Assembly: GCA_964016885.1 (NCBI GenBank)
Contig: OZ024742.1
Coordinates: 75,330,001-75,394,000, forward strand
Length of the DNA: 64,000 nucleotides
Direction of reading: 5' to 3'
Source: Eledone cirrhosa
Lineage: Eukaryota
The position numbers and the translations under genes were made by a program. Shown here piece by piece: positions 1 to 18,000 of the stretch; the first letter of the stretch is position 1, and each line of letters begins with the position of its first letter. The notes beneath the pieces were generated by a model. That model was not told the DNA's origin. It worked only from the letters and a program-made list of their open reading frames with translations, and did no database searches.

Positions 1-3000
1 ATGTCACACAAGACACTAGTATTTACACCACGTCACACAAGCCACCAGTATTAACACCACGTCACACAAGACACTAGCATTTACACCACGTGACAGAAGA
101 CACCCATATTTACCCCACGTCACAGAAGACACCAGTATTTCACCACGTCACACAAGACACCAATATTTACACCATGTCACACAAGACACTAGTATTTACA
201 CCACGTCGCACAAGACACCAATATTAACACCATGTCACACAAGACACTGGTATTTACACCACGTCACACAAGACACTAGTATTTACACCACGTCACACAA
301 GACACTAGTATTTACTCCACTTCACACAAGACACTAGTATTTACACCACGTCACATAAGACACTAGTATTAACATCACATCACACAAGACACCAATATTT
401 ACACCACGTCACACAAGACACTAGTATTTACACCACATCACACAAGACACCAGTATTAACACCACGTCACACTAGACACCAGTATTAACACCACGTGACA
501 CAAGACACTAGTATTTACACCACGACACACAATACACCAGCATTAACCCCACGTCACACAAGACACCGGTATTAACCCCACGTCACACAAGACACCAGTA
601 TTACACCACGTCAAACAAGACACCAGTATTAACACCACGTCACACAAGACACCAGTATTACACCACGTCACACAAGACACCAGTATTACACCACTTCACA
701 CAAGACACTATATTACACCACGTCAGAAAAGACACCAGTATTAACACCACGTCACACAAGACATTAGTATTTACACCACGTCACACAAGACAAGTATTAA
801 CACACGTCACACAATACACTAGTATTAACACCACGTCACACAGGACACTAGTATTTACACCGCGTCACACAGGACACTAGTATTTACACCACATCACACA
901 GGACACTGCTATTTACACCACCTCACACAAGCCACTGGTATTTAAACCACGTCACACAAGGCACTAGTATTTACACCACGTCACACAAGATACCAATATT
1001 TACACTACGTCACACAAGACACTAGTATTTACACCACATCACACAAGAGATCAGTATTAACACCACGTCACACAAGACACCACTATTACACTACGTCACA
1101 CAATACACTAGTTCTTACACTACGTCACACAAGACACTAGTATTTACACCACGTCACACAATACACCAATATTTACACCACGTCACACAAGACGCTAGTA
1201 TTTACACCACGTCACACAAGACACTAGTATTTACACCACGTCACACAAGACACCAATATTTACACCAGGTCACACAGGACACTAATATATACACCACGTC
1301 ACACAAGACACTGGTATTTACACCACGTCACACAAGACACCAGTATTTACACCAGGTCAGAGAATACACCAGTATTAACACCACGTCACACAAGACAGTA
1401 GCATTTACACCACGTCACACAAGACAACCATATTTACACCACGTCACACATGACACTAGCATAAACACCACGTCACACAAGACACCAATATTTAAACCAT
1501 GTCACACAAGACACTAGTATTTACACCACGTCACACAAGCCACCAGTATTAACACCACGTCACACAAGACACTAGCATTTACACCACGTGACAGAAGACA
1601 CCCATATTTACCCCACGTCACAGAAGACACCAGTATTTCACCACGTCACACAAGACACCAATATTTACACCATGTCACACAAGACACTAGTATTTACACC
1701 ACGTCGCACAAGACACCAATATTAACACCATGTCACACAAGACACTGGTATTTACACCACGTCACACAAGACACTAGTATTTACACCACGTCACACAAGA
1801 CACTAGTATTTACTCCACTTCACACAAGACACTAGTATTTACTCCACTTCACACAAGACACCAGTATTAACACCACGTCACACAAGACACTGGTATTTAC
1901 ACCACGTCACACAAGACACTAGTATTTACACCACTTCACACAAGACACCAGTATTAACACCACGTCACACAAGACACTGGTATTTACACCACGTCACACA
2001 AGACACTAGTATTTACACCACTTCACACAAGACACCAATATTTACACCACGTCACACAAGACACTGGCATTTACATCACATCACACAAGACACTAGTATA
2101 TACACCACTTCACACAAGACACCAGTATTAACACCACGTCACACAAGACACTGGTATTTACACCACGTCACACAAGACACTAGTATATACACCACATCAC
2201 ACAAGACACCAGTATTAACCCCACGTCACACAAGACACTAGTATTTACACCACGTCACACAAGACACTAGTATATACACCAAACACACAAGACACCAGTA
2301 TTAACCCCACGTCACACAATACACTAGAATTTACACCACGTCACAGAAGACACCAGTATTAACAGCACGTCACACAGGACACCGGCATTTACACTACGTC
2401 ACGCAAGACACTAGTATTTACACAAAATCACACAAGACACCAACATTTAGACCACGTCACACAAGCCACTAGTATTTACATCACGTCACAAAAGACACCA
2501 ATATTTACACAACGTCACACAAAACACTAGTATTTACACCACATCACACAAGACACCAGTATTAACCCCACGTCACACAAGACACCAGTATTACACCACG
2601 TCACACAAGACACTAGTATTTACACCACGTCACACAGGATACCAATATTTACACCACGTCACACATGACACTAGTATTTACACCACGTCACACAAGACAC
2701 CAATATTTACACCACGTCCCACAGGACACTAGTATTTACACCACGTCACACAAGACACCAACATTTAGACACGTCACACAAGACACCAGTATTTACACCA
2801 CGTCACACAAAACACCAGTATTAACACCACGTCACACAAAACACCAGTATTACACCACGTCACACAAGACACTAATATTTAGACCACGTCACACAAGACA
2901 CTAGTATTTACACCACGTCACACAAGACACCAATATTTACACCACGTCACACACGACACTGGTATTTACACAACGTCATACAATACACCAGTATTTACAC

Positions 3001-6000
3001 CACGTCACACAAGACACCAGTATTAACCCCACGTCACACAAGACACTAGTATTTACACCACGTCACAGAAGACACCAGTATTAACACCACATCACACAAG
3101 ACACAAGTATTTACACCACGTCACACAAGATACCAGTATTACACCACGTCACACAAGAGATTAGTATTTACACCACGTCACACAAGAGATTAGTACTTAC
3201 ACCACGTCACACAAGACACTAATATTTACACCACGTCACACACGACACTAGTATTACACCACCTCACACAAGCCACTAGTATTAACACAACGTCACAGAA
3301 GACACTAGTATTTACCCACGTCTCACAAGACATTTATATTTACACCACGTCACACAAGACAAGTATTAACCACACGTCACACACTACACTAGTATTGACA
3401 CCACGTCACACAATACACTAGTATTAACACCACGTCACACAATACACTAGTATTTACACCACATTACACAGGACACTGGTATTTACACCACCTCACACAA
3501 GCCACTGGTATTTACACCACGTCACACAGGACACTAGTATTTACACCACGTCACACAAGACACCAATATTTACACCACGTCACACAAGACACTAGTATTT
3601 GCACCACGTCACACAAGACACCAATATTTACACCACGTCACACAGGACACTAGTATGTAGACCACGTCAAACAAGACACCAGTATTAACACCACGTCACA
3701 CAAGACACCAATATTTACACCACGTCACACAAGACACCAATATTTACACCACGTCACACAATACACCAATATTACACCACGTCACACAAATCACCAGTAT
3801 TTACACCACGTCACACAAGACACCAATATTTACACCACGTCACACAGGACACTAGTATTTACACCACATCACACAAGACACTAGTATTAACACCACGTCA
3901 CACAAGACACTAGTATTTACTCCACATCACACAAGACACTAGTAATAACACCACGTCACACACGACACTAGTATTACACCACGCCACACAAGACACTAGT
4001 ATTTACACCACGTCACCCAAGACACCAGTATTACACCACGTCACACGAGACACCAATATTTACACCACTCAAACAAGACGCCAGTATTAACATCACGTCA
4101 CACAAGACACCAGTAATTACACCACGTCACATAAGACACCAGTAATTACACCACTTAACACAAGACACCAGTAATTACACCACGTCACATAAGACACTAG
4201 TATTTACACCACGTCACACAAGACACCAGTAATTACATCACGTCACATAAGACACCAGTAATTACACCACGTAACACAAGACACCAGTAATTACACCACG
4301 TCACACAAGACACTAGTATTTACACCACGTCACACAAGAGATTAGTATTTACACCACGTCACACAAGACACTAATATTTACACCACGTCACACACGACAC
4401 TAGTATTACACCACCTCACACAAGACACTAGTATTAACACAACGTCACACAAGACACTAGTATTTACCCACGTCACACAAGACATTTATATTTACACCGC
4501 GTCACACAAGACAAGTATTAACCAGACGTCACACACTACACTAGTATTGACACCACGTGACGCAATACACTAGTATTAACACCGCGTCACACAATACACT
4601 AGTATTTACACCGCGTCACACAATACACCAATATTACACCACATCACACAAATCACCAGTATTTACACCACGTCACACAAGACACCAATATTTACACCAC
4701 GTCACACAGGACACTACTATTTACACCACGTCACACAAGACACCAATATTTACACCACGTCACACAAGACACCAATATTTACACCACGTCATACAAGACA
4801 CTAGTATTTACACCACATCACACAAGACACCAGTATTAACACCACGTCACACTAGACACCAGTATTAACACCACGTGACACAAGACACTAGTATTTACAC
4901 CACGACACACAATACACCAGCATTAACCCACGTCACACAAGACACCGGTATTAACCCCACGTCACACAAGACACCAGTATTACACCACGTCAAACAAGAC
5001 ACCAGTATTAACACCACGTCACACAAGACACCAGTATTACACCACGTCACACAAGACACTGGTATTTACACCACGTCACACAATACACTAGTATTTACAC
5101 CACTTCACACAAGACACCAGTATTAACACCACGTCACACAAGACACTGGTATTTACACCACGTCACACAAGACACTAGTATTTACACCACTTCACACAAG
5201 ACACCAATATTTACACCACGTCACACAAGACACTGGCATTTACATCACATCACACAAGACACTAGTATATACACCACTTCACACAAGACACCAGTATTAA
5301 CACCACGTCACACAAGACACTGGTATTTACACCACGTCACACAAGACACTAGTATATACACCACATCACACAAGACACCAGTATTAACCCCACGTCACAC
5401 AAGACACTAGTATTTACACCACGTCACACAAGACACTAGTATATACACCACGTCACACAAGACACCAGTATTAACCCCACGTCACACAAGACACTAGAAT
5501 TTACACCACGTCACAGAAGACACCAGTATTAACAGCACGTCACACAAGACACCGGCATTTACACTACGTCACGCAAGACACTAGTATTTACACAAAATCA
5601 CACAAGACACCAACATTTAGACCACGTCACACAAGCCACTAGTATTTACATCACGTCACAAAAGACACCAATATTTACACAACGTCACACAAAACACTAG
5701 TATTTACACCACATCACACAAGACACCAGTATTAACCCCACGTCACACAAGACACCAGTATTACACCACGTCACACAAGACACTAGTATTTACACCACGT
5801 CACACAGGATACCAATATTTACACCACGTCACACATGACACTAGTATTTACACCACGTCACACAAGACACCAATATTTACACCACGTCCCACAGGACACT
5901 AGTATTTACACCACGTCACACAAGACACCAACATTTAGACACGTCATACAAGACACCAGTATTTACACCACGTCACACAAAACACCAGTATTAACACCAC

Positions 6001-9000
6001 GTCACACAAAACACCAGTATTACACCACGTCACACAAGAGACTAATATTTAGACCACGTCACACAAGACACTAGTATTTACACCACGTCACACAAGACAC
6101 CAATATTTACACCACGTCACACACGACACTGGTATTTACACAACGTCATACAATACACCAGTATTTACACCACGTCACAGAAGACACCAGTATTAACACC
6201 ACATCACACAAGACACAAGTATTTACACCACGTCACACAAGACACCAGTATTACACCACGTCACACAAGAGATTAGTATTTACACCACGTCACACAAGAG
6301 ATTAGTATTTACACCACGTCACACAAGACACTAATATTTACACCACGTCACACACGACACTAGTATTACACCACCTCACACAAGCCACTAGTATTAACAC
6401 AACGTCACACAAGACACTAGTATTTACCCACGTCTCACAAGACATTTATATTTACACCACGTCACACAAGACAAGTATTAACCACACGTCACACACTACA
6501 CTAGTATTGACACCACGTCACACAATACACTAGTATTAACACCACGTCACACAATACACTAGTATTTACACCACATTACACAGGACACTGGTATTTACAC
6601 CACCTCACACAAGCCACTGGTATTTACACCACGTCACACAGGACACTAGTATTTGCACCACGTCACACAATACACTAGTATTTACACCACATTACACAGG
6701 ACACTGGTATTTACACCACCTCACACAAGCCACTGGTATTTACACCACGTCACACAAGACACCAATATTTACACCACGTCACACAAGACACTAGTATTTG
6801 CACCACGTCACACAAGACACCAATATTACACCACGTCACACAAATCACCAGTATTTACACCACGTCACACAAGACACCAATATTTACACCACGTCACACA
6901 GGACACTAGTATCTACACCACATCACACAAGACACTAGTATTAACACCACGTCACACAAGACACTAGTATTTACTCCACATCACACAAGACACTAGTATT
7001 AACACCACGTCACACACGACACTAGTATTACACCACGCCACACAAGACACTAGTATTTACACCACTTCACCCAAGACACCAGTATTACACCACGTCACAC
7101 GAGACACCAATATTTACACCACTCAAACAAGACGCCAGTATTAACATCACGTCACACAAGACACCAGTATTAACACTACGTCACACAAGACACCAATATT
7201 TACACCACGTCACACAAGACACTGGCATTTACATCACATCACACAAGACACTAGTATATACACCACTTCACACAAGACACCAGTATTAACACCACGTCAC
7301 ACAAGACACTGGTATTTACACCACGTCACACAAGACACTAGTATATACACCACATCACACAAGACACCAGTATTAACCCCACGTCACACAAGACACTAGT
7401 ATTTACACCACGTCACACAAGACACTAGTATATACACCAAACACACAAGACACCAGTATTAACCCCACGTCACACAATACACTAGAATTTACACCACGTC
7501 ACAGAAGACACCAGTATTAACAGCACGTCACACAGGACACCGGCATTTACACTACGTCACGCAAGACACTAGTATTTACACAAAATCACACAAGACACCA
7601 ACATTTAGACCACGTCACACAAGCCACTAGTATTTACATCACGTCACAAAAGACACCAATATTTACACAACGTCACACAAAACACTAGTATTTACACCAC
7701 ATCACACAAGACACCAGTATTAACCCCACGTCACACAAGACACCAGTATTACACCACGTCACACAAGACACTAGTATTTACACCACGTCACACAGGATAC
7801 CAATATTTACACCACGTCACACATGACACTAGTATTTACACCACGTCACACAAGACACCAATATTTACACCACGTCCCACAGGACACTAGTATTTACACC
7901 ACGTCACACAAGACACCAACATTTAGACACGTCACACAAGACACCAGTATTTACACCACGTCACACAAAACACCAGTATTAACACCACGTCACACAAAAC
8001 ACCAGTATTACACCACGTCACACAAGACACTAATATTTAGACCACGTCACACAAGACACTAGTATTTACACCACGTCACACAAGACACCAATATTTACAC
8101 CACGTCACACACGACACTGGTATTTACACAACGTCATACAATACACCAGTATTTACACCACGTCACACAAGACACCAGTATTAACCCCACGTCACACAAG
8201 ACACTAGTATTTACACCACGTCACAGAAGACACCAGTATTAACACCACATCACACAAGACACAAGTATTTACACCACGTCACACAAGATACCAGTATTAC
8301 ACCACGTCACACAAGAGATTAGTATTTACACCACGTCACACAAGAGATTAGTACTTACACCACGTCACACAAGACACTAATATTTACACCACGTCACACA
8401 CGACACTAGTATTACACCACCTCACACAAGCCACTAGTATTAACACAACGTCACAGAAGACACTAGTATTTACCCACGTCTCACAAGACATTTATATTTA
8501 CACCACGTCACACAAGACAAGTATTAACCACACGTCACACACTACACTAGTATTGACACCACGTCACACAATACACTAGTATTAACACCACGTCACACAA
8601 TACACTAGTATTTACACCACATTACACAGGACACTGGTATTTACACCACCTCACACAAGCCACTGGTATTTACACCACGTCACACAGGACACTAGTATTT
8701 ACACCACGTCACACAAGACACCAATATTTACACCACGTCACACAAGACACTAGTATTTGCACCACGTCACACAAGACACCAATATTTACACCACGTCACA
8801 CAGGACACTAGTATGTAGACCACGTCAAACAAGACACCAGTATTAACACCACGTCACACAAGACACCAATATTTACACCACGTCACACAAGACACCAATA
8901 TTTACACCACGTCACACAATACACCAATATTACACCACGTCACACAAATCACCAGTATTTACACCACGTCACACAAGACACCAATATTTACACCACGTCA

Positions 9001-12000
9001 CACAGGACACTAGTATTTACACCACATCACACAAGACACTAGTATTAACACCACGTCACACAAGACACTAGTATTTACTCCACATCACACAAGACACTAG
9101 TAATAACACCACGTCACACACGACACTAGTATTACACCACGCCACACAAGACACTAGTATTTACACCACGTCACCCAAGACACCAGTATTACACCACGTC
9201 ACACGAGACACCAATATTTACACCACTCAAACAAGACGCCAGTATTAACATCACGTCACACAAGACACCAGTAATTACACCACGTCACATAAGACACCAG
9301 TAATTACACCACTTAACACAAGACACCAGTAATTACACCACGTCACATAAGACACTAGTATTTACACCACGTCACACAAGACACCAGTAATTACATCACG
9401 TCACATAAGACACCAGTAATTACACCACGTAACACAAGACACCAGTAATTACACCACGTCACACAAGACACTAGTATTTACACCACGTCACACAAGAGAT
9501 TAGTATTTACACCACGTCACACAAGACACTAATATTTACACCACGTCACACACGACACTAGTATTACACCACCTCACACAAGACACTAGTATTAACACAA
9601 CGTCACACAAGACACTAGTATTTACCCACGTCACACAAGACATTTATATTTACACCGCGTCACACAAGACAAGTATTAACCAGACGTCACACACTACACT
9701 AGTATTGACACCACGTGACGCAATACACTAGTATTAACACCGCGTCACACAATACACTAGTATTTACACCGCGTCACACAATACACCAATATTACACCAC
9801 ATCACACAAATCACCAGTATTTACACCACGTCACACAAGACACCAATATTTACACCACGTCACACAGGACACTACTATTTACACCACGTCACACAAGACA
9901 CCAATATTTACACCACGTCACACAAGACACCAATATTTACACCACGTCATACAAGACACTAGTATTTACACCACATCACACAAGACACCAGTATTAACAC
10001 CACGTCACACTAGACACCAGTATTAACACCACGTGACACAAGACACTAGTATTTACACCACGACACACAATACACCAGCATTAACCCACGTCACACAAGA
10101 CACCGGTATTAACCCCACGTCACACAAGACACCAGTATTACACCACGTCAAACAAGACACCAGTATTAACACCACGTCACACAAGACACCAGTATTACAC
10201 CACGTCACACAAGACACTGGTATTTACACCACGTCACACAATACACTAGTATTTACACCACTTCACACAAGACACCAGTATTAACACCACGTCACACAAG
10301 ACACTGGTATTTACACCACGTCACACAAGACACTAGTATTTACACCACTTCACACAAGACACCAATATTTACACCACGTCACACAAGACACTGGCATTTA
10401 CATCACATCACACAAGACACTAGTATATACACCACTTCACACAAGACACCAGTATTAACACCACGTCACACAAGACACTGGTATTTACACCACGTCACAC
10501 AAGACACTAGTATATACACCACATCACACAAGACACCAGTATTAACCCCACGTCACACAAGACACTAGTATTTACACCACGTCACACAAGACACTAGTAT
10601 ATACACCACGTCACACAAGACACCAGTATTAACCCCACGTCACACAAGACACTAGAATTTACACCACGTCACAGAAGACACCAGTATTAACAGCACGTCA
10701 CACAAGACACCGGCATTTACACTACGTCACGCAAGACACTAGTATTTACACAAAATCACACAAGACACCAACATTTAGACCACGTCACACAAGCCACTAG
10801 TATTTACATCACGTCACAAAAGACACCAATATTTACACAACGTCACACAAAACACTAGTATTTACACCACATCACACAAGACACCAGTATTAACCCCACG
10901 TCACACAAGACACCAGTATTACACCACGTCACACAAGACACTAGTATTTACACCACGTCACACAGGATACCAATATTTACACCACGTCACACATGACACT
11001 AGTATTTACACCACGTCACACAAGACACCAATATTTACACCACGTCCCACAGGACACTAGTATTTACACCACGTCACACAAGACACCAACATTTAGACAC
11101 GTCATACAAGACACCAGTATTTACACCACGTCACACAAAACACCAGTATTAACACCACGTCACACAAAACACCAGTATTACACCACGTCACACAAGAGAC
11201 TAATATTTAGACCACGTCACACAAGACACTAGTATTTACACCACGTCACACAAGACACCAATATTTACACCACGTCACACACGACACTGGTATTTACACA
11301 ACGTCATACAATACACCAGTATTTACACCACGTCACAGAAGACACCAGTATTAACACCACATCACACAAGACACAAGTATTTACACCACGTCACACAAGA
11401 CACCAGTATTACACCACGTCACACAAGAGATTAGTATTTACACCACGTCACACAAGAGATTAGTATTTACACCACGTCACACAAGACACTAATATTTACA
11501 CCACGTCACACACGACACTAGTATTACACCACCTCACACAAGCCACTAGTATTAACACAACGTCACACAAGACACTAGTATTTACCCACGTCTCACAAGA
11601 CATTTATATTTACACCACGTCACACAAGACAAGTATTAACCACACGTCACACACTACACTAGTATTGACACCACGTCACAAAATACACTAGTATTAACAC
11701 CACGTCACACAATACACTAGTATTTACACCACATTACACAGGACACTGGTATTTACACCACCTCACACAAGCCACTGGTATTTACACCACGTCACACAGG
11801 ACACTAGTATTTGCACCACGTCACACAATACACTAGTATTTACACCACATTACACAGGACACTGGTATTTACACCACCTCACACAAGCCACTGGTATTTA
11901 CACCACGTCACACAAGACACCAATATTTACACCACGTCACACAAGACACTAGTATTTGCACCACGTCACACAAGACACCAATATTACACCACGTCACACA

Positions 12001-15000
12001 AATCACCAGTATTTACACCACGTCACACAAGACACCAATATTTACACCACGTCACACAGGACACTAGTATCTACACCACATCACACAAGACACTAGTATT
12101 AACACCACGTCACACAAGACACTAGTATTTACTCCACATCACACAAGACACTAGTATTAACACCACGTCACACACGACACTAGTATTACACCACGCCACA
12201 CAAGACACTAGTATTTACACCACTTCACCCAAGACACCAGTATTACACCACGTCACACGAGACACCAATATTTACACCACTCAAACAAGACGCCAGTATT
12301 AACATCACGTCACACAAGACACCAGTATTAACACTACGTCACACAAGACACCAGTAATTACACCACGTCACATAAGACACCAGTAATTACACCACTTAAC
12401 ACAAGACACCAGTAATTACACCACGTCACATAAGACACCAGAAAATACACCACGTAACACAAGACACCAGTAATTACATCACGTCACATAAGACACCAGT
12501 AATTACACCACGTAACACAAGACACCAGTAATTACACCACGTCACACAAGACACTAGTATTTACACCACGTCACACAAGAGATTAGTATTTACACCACGT
12601 CACACAAGACACTAATATTTACACCACGTCACACACGACACTAGTATTACACCACCTCACACAAGCCACTAGTATTAACACAACGTCACACAAGACACTA
12701 GTATTTACCCACGTCACACAAGACATTTATATTTACACCACGTCACACAAGACAAGTATTAACCACACGTCACACACTACACTAGTATTGACACCACGTC
12801 ACGCAATACACTAGTATTAACACCACATCACACAAATCACCAGTATTTACACCACGTCACACAAGACACCAATATTTACACCACGTCACACAGGACACTA
12901 CTATTTACACCACGTCACACAAGACACCAATATTTACACCACGTCACACAAGACACCAATATTTACACGACGTCATACAAAACACTAATATTTACACCAC
13001 GTCAGAAAAGACACCAGTATTAACACCACGTCACACAAGTCCCCAATATATACACCACGTCACACAATACACTAGTATTTACACCACGTCACACAAGACA
13101 CTAGTATTTACACCACGTCACACAAGACACCAATATTTACACCACATCACACAAGACACCAATATTACACTACGTCACACAAATCACCAGTATTAACACC
13201 ACGTCACACAAGACACCAATATTTACACCACGTCACACAAGACACTAGTATTTACACCACATCACACAAGACACTAGTATTAACACCACGTCACACAAGA
13301 CACTAGTATTTACTCCACATCACACAAGACACTAGTATTAACACCAAGTCACACACGACACTAGTATTACACCACGCCACACAAGACACTAGTATTTACA
13401 CCACGTCACCCAAGACACCAGTATTACACCACGTCACACGAGACACCAATATTTACACCACTCACACAAGACGCCAGTATTAACATCACGTCACACAAGA
13501 CACCAGTATTAACACCACGTCACACAAGACACCAGTAATTAGACCACGTCACATAAGACACCAGTAATTACACCACTTAACACAAGACACCAGTAATTAC
13601 ACCACGTCACATAAGACACCAGTAAATACACCACGTAACACAAGACACCAGTAATTACATCACGTCACATAAGACACCAGTAATTACACCATGTAACACA
13701 AGACACCAGTAATTACACCACGTCACATAAGACACCAGTAATTACACCACGTAACACAAGACAGCAATATTTACACAACGTCACACAATACACTAGTATT
13801 TACACCACGTCACACAAGACACTAGTATTTACACCACGTCAAACAAGACACCAGCATTAACACCACGCCACACAAGACACCAGTATTACACCACGTCAAA
13901 CAAGACACCTGTATTACACCATTTCACACAAGACACCATATTACACCACGTCACACAAGACACCAGTATTTACACTGCGTCACGCAAGACACTAGTATTT
14001 ACACAAAATCACACAAGACACCAACATTTAGACCACGTCACACAAGACACTAGTATTTACACCACGTCACAGAAGACAGCAATATTTACACAACGTCACA
14101 CAATACACTAGTATTTACACCACGTCACACAAGACACTAGTATTTACACCACGTCACACAAGACACCAGTATTAACCCCACGTCACACAAGACACCAGTA
14201 TTACACCACGTCACACAAGACACTAGTATTTACACCACGTCACACAGGATACCAATATTTACACCACGTCACACATGACACTAGTATTTACACCACGTCA
14301 CACAAGACACGAATATTTACACCACGTCCCACAGGACACTAATATTTACACCACGTCACACAAGACACCAATATTTAGACCACGTCACACAAGTCACCAG
14401 TATTTACACCACGTCACAAAATACACCAGTATTAACACCACATCATACAAGACACCAGTATTACACCACGTCACACAAGACACTAATATTTACACCACGT
14501 CACACAAGACACTAATATTTACACCACGTCACACAAGACACTAGTATTTACACCACGTCACACAAGACACCAATATTTACACCACGTCACACACGACACT
14601 GGTATTTACACACGTCACACAAGACACCAGTATTTACACCACGTCACACAAGACACCAGTATTAACACCACATCACACAAGACACCAATATTACACCACG
14701 TCACACACGACACTAGTATTTACACCACGTCACACAAGACACCAGTATTTACACCACGTCACACAATACACCAATATTTACACCACGTCACACAAGACAC
14801 CAGTATTACACCACGTCACACAAGACATTAGTATTTACACCACGTCACACAAGACACTAGTATTAACACAACGTCACACAAGACACTAGTATTTACACCA
14901 CGTCACACAAGACATTAGTATTTACACCACGTCATACAAGACATTAGTATTTACACAACGTCACACAAGACATTAGTATTAACACAACGTCACACAAGAC

Positions 15001-18000
15001 ACTAGTATTTACACCACGTCACCCAAGACATTAGTATTTACACCACGTCACACAAGACAAGTATTAACACACGTCTCACAATACACTAGTATTAACACCA
15101 CTTCACACAGGACACTACTATTTACACCGCGTCACACAGGACACTAGTATTTACACCACATCACACAGGACACTGATATTTACACCACCTCACACAAGGC
15201 ACTAGTATTTACACCACGTCACACAAGATACCAATATTTACACTACGTCACACCAGACACTAGTATTTACACCACATCACACAAGAGATCAGTATTAACA
15301 CCACGTCACACAAGACACCAGTATTACACTACGTCATACAATACACTAGTTCTTACACCACGTCACAAAAGACACTAGTATTTACACCACGTCACACAAT
15401 ACACCAATATTTACACCACGTCACACAAGACGCTAGTATTTACACCACGTCACACAAGACACTAGTATTTACACCACGTCACACAAGACACCAATATTTA
15501 CACCACGTCACACAGGACACTAATATATACACCACGTCACACAAGACACTGGTATTTACACCACGTCACACAAGACACTAGTATCAACACCACATCACAC
15601 ATGACACCAGTATTAACACCAGGTCACAGAATACACCAGTATTAACACCACGTCACACAATACACTAGTATTTACACCACGTCACACAAGACACTAGTAT
15701 TTACACCACGTCAAACAAGACACCAGCATTAACACCACGCCACACAAGACACCAGTATTACACCACGTCAAACAAGACACCTGTATTACACCATTTCACA
15801 CAAGACACCATATTACACCACGTCACACAAGACACCAGTATTTACACTGCGTCACGCAAGACACTAGTATTTACACAAAATCACACAAGACACCAACATT
15901 TAGACCACGTCACACAAGACACTAGTATTTACACCACGTCACAGAAGACAGCAATATTTACACAACGTCACACAATACACTAGTATTTACACCACGTCAC
16001 ACAAGACACTAGTATTTACACCACGTCACACAAGACACCAGTATTAACCCCACGTCACACAAGACACCAGTATTACACCACGTCACACAAGACACTAGTA
16101 TTTACACCACGTCACACAGGATACCAATATTTACACCACGTCACACATGACACTAGTATTTACACCACGTCACACAAGACACGAATATTTACACCACGTC
16201 CCACAGGACACTAATATTTACACCACGTCACACAAGACACCAATATTTAGACCACGTCACACAAGTCACCAGTATTTACACCACGTCACAAAATACACCA
16301 GTATTAACACCACATCATACAAGACACCAGTATTACACCACGTCACACAAGACACTAATATTTACACCACGTCACACAAGACACTAATATTTACACCACG
16401 TCACACAAGACACTAGTATTTACACCACGTCACACAAGACACCAATATTTACACCACGTCACACACGACACTGGTATTTACACACGTCACACAAGACACC
16501 AGTATTTACACCACGTCACACAAGACACCAGTATTAACACCACATCACACAAGACACCAATATTACACCACGTCACACACGACACTAGTATTTACACCAC
16601 GTCACACAAGACACCAGTATTTACACCACGTCACACAATACACCAATATTTACACCACGTCACACAAGACACCAGTATTACACCACGTCACACAAGACAT
16701 TAGTATTTACACCACGTCACACAAGACACTAGTATTAACACAACGTCACACAAGACACTAGTATTTACACCACGTCACACAAGACATTAGTATTTACACC
16801 ACGTCATACAAGACATTAGTATTTACACAACGTCACACAAGACATTAGTATTAACACAACGTCACACAAGACACTAGTATTTACACCACGTCACCCAAGA
16901 CATTAGTATTTACACCACGTCACACAAGACAAGTATTAACACACGTCTCACAATACACTAGTATTAACACCACTTCACACAGGACACTACTATTTACACC
17001 GCGTCACACAGGACACTAGTATTTACACCACATCACACAGGACACTGATATTTACACCACCTCACACAAGGCACTAGTATTTACACCACGTCACACAAGA
17101 TACCAATATTTACACTACGTCACACCAGACACTAGTATTTACACCACATCACACAAGAGATCAGTATTAACACCACGTCACACAAGACACCAGTATTACA
17201 CTACGTCATACAATACACTAGTTCTTACACCACGTCACACAAGACACTAGTATTTACACCACGTCACACAATACACCAATATTTACACCACGTCACACAA
17301 GACGCTAGTATTTACACCACGTCACACAAGACACTAGTATTTACACCACGTCACACAAGACACCAATATTTACACCACGTCACACAGGACACTAATATAT
17401 ACACCACGTCACACAAGACACTGGTATTTACACCACGTCACACAAGACACTAGTATCAACACCACATCACACATGACACCAGTATTAACACCAGGTCACA
17501 GAATACACCAGTATTAACACCACGTCACACAATACACTAGTATTTACACCAGGTCACACAAGACCCCAATATTTACACTACGTCACACAAGACACTAGCA
17601 TTTACACCACGTCACACATGACACTAGCATAAACACCACGTCACACAACACACCAATATTAAACCATGACACACAAGACACTAGTATTTACACCACGTCA
17701 CACAAGACACCAGTATTAACACCACGTCACACAAGACACTAGCATTTACACCACGTGACAGAAGACACCCATATTTACACCACGTCACAGAAGACACCAG
17801 TATTTCACCACGTCACACAAGACACCAATATTTACACCATGTCACACAAGACACTAGTATTTACACCACGTCGCACAAGACACCAATATTAACACCATGT
17901 CACACAAGACACTGGTATTTACACCACGTCACACAATACACTAGTATTTACACCACGTCACACAAGACACTAGTATTTACTCCACTTCACACAAGACACC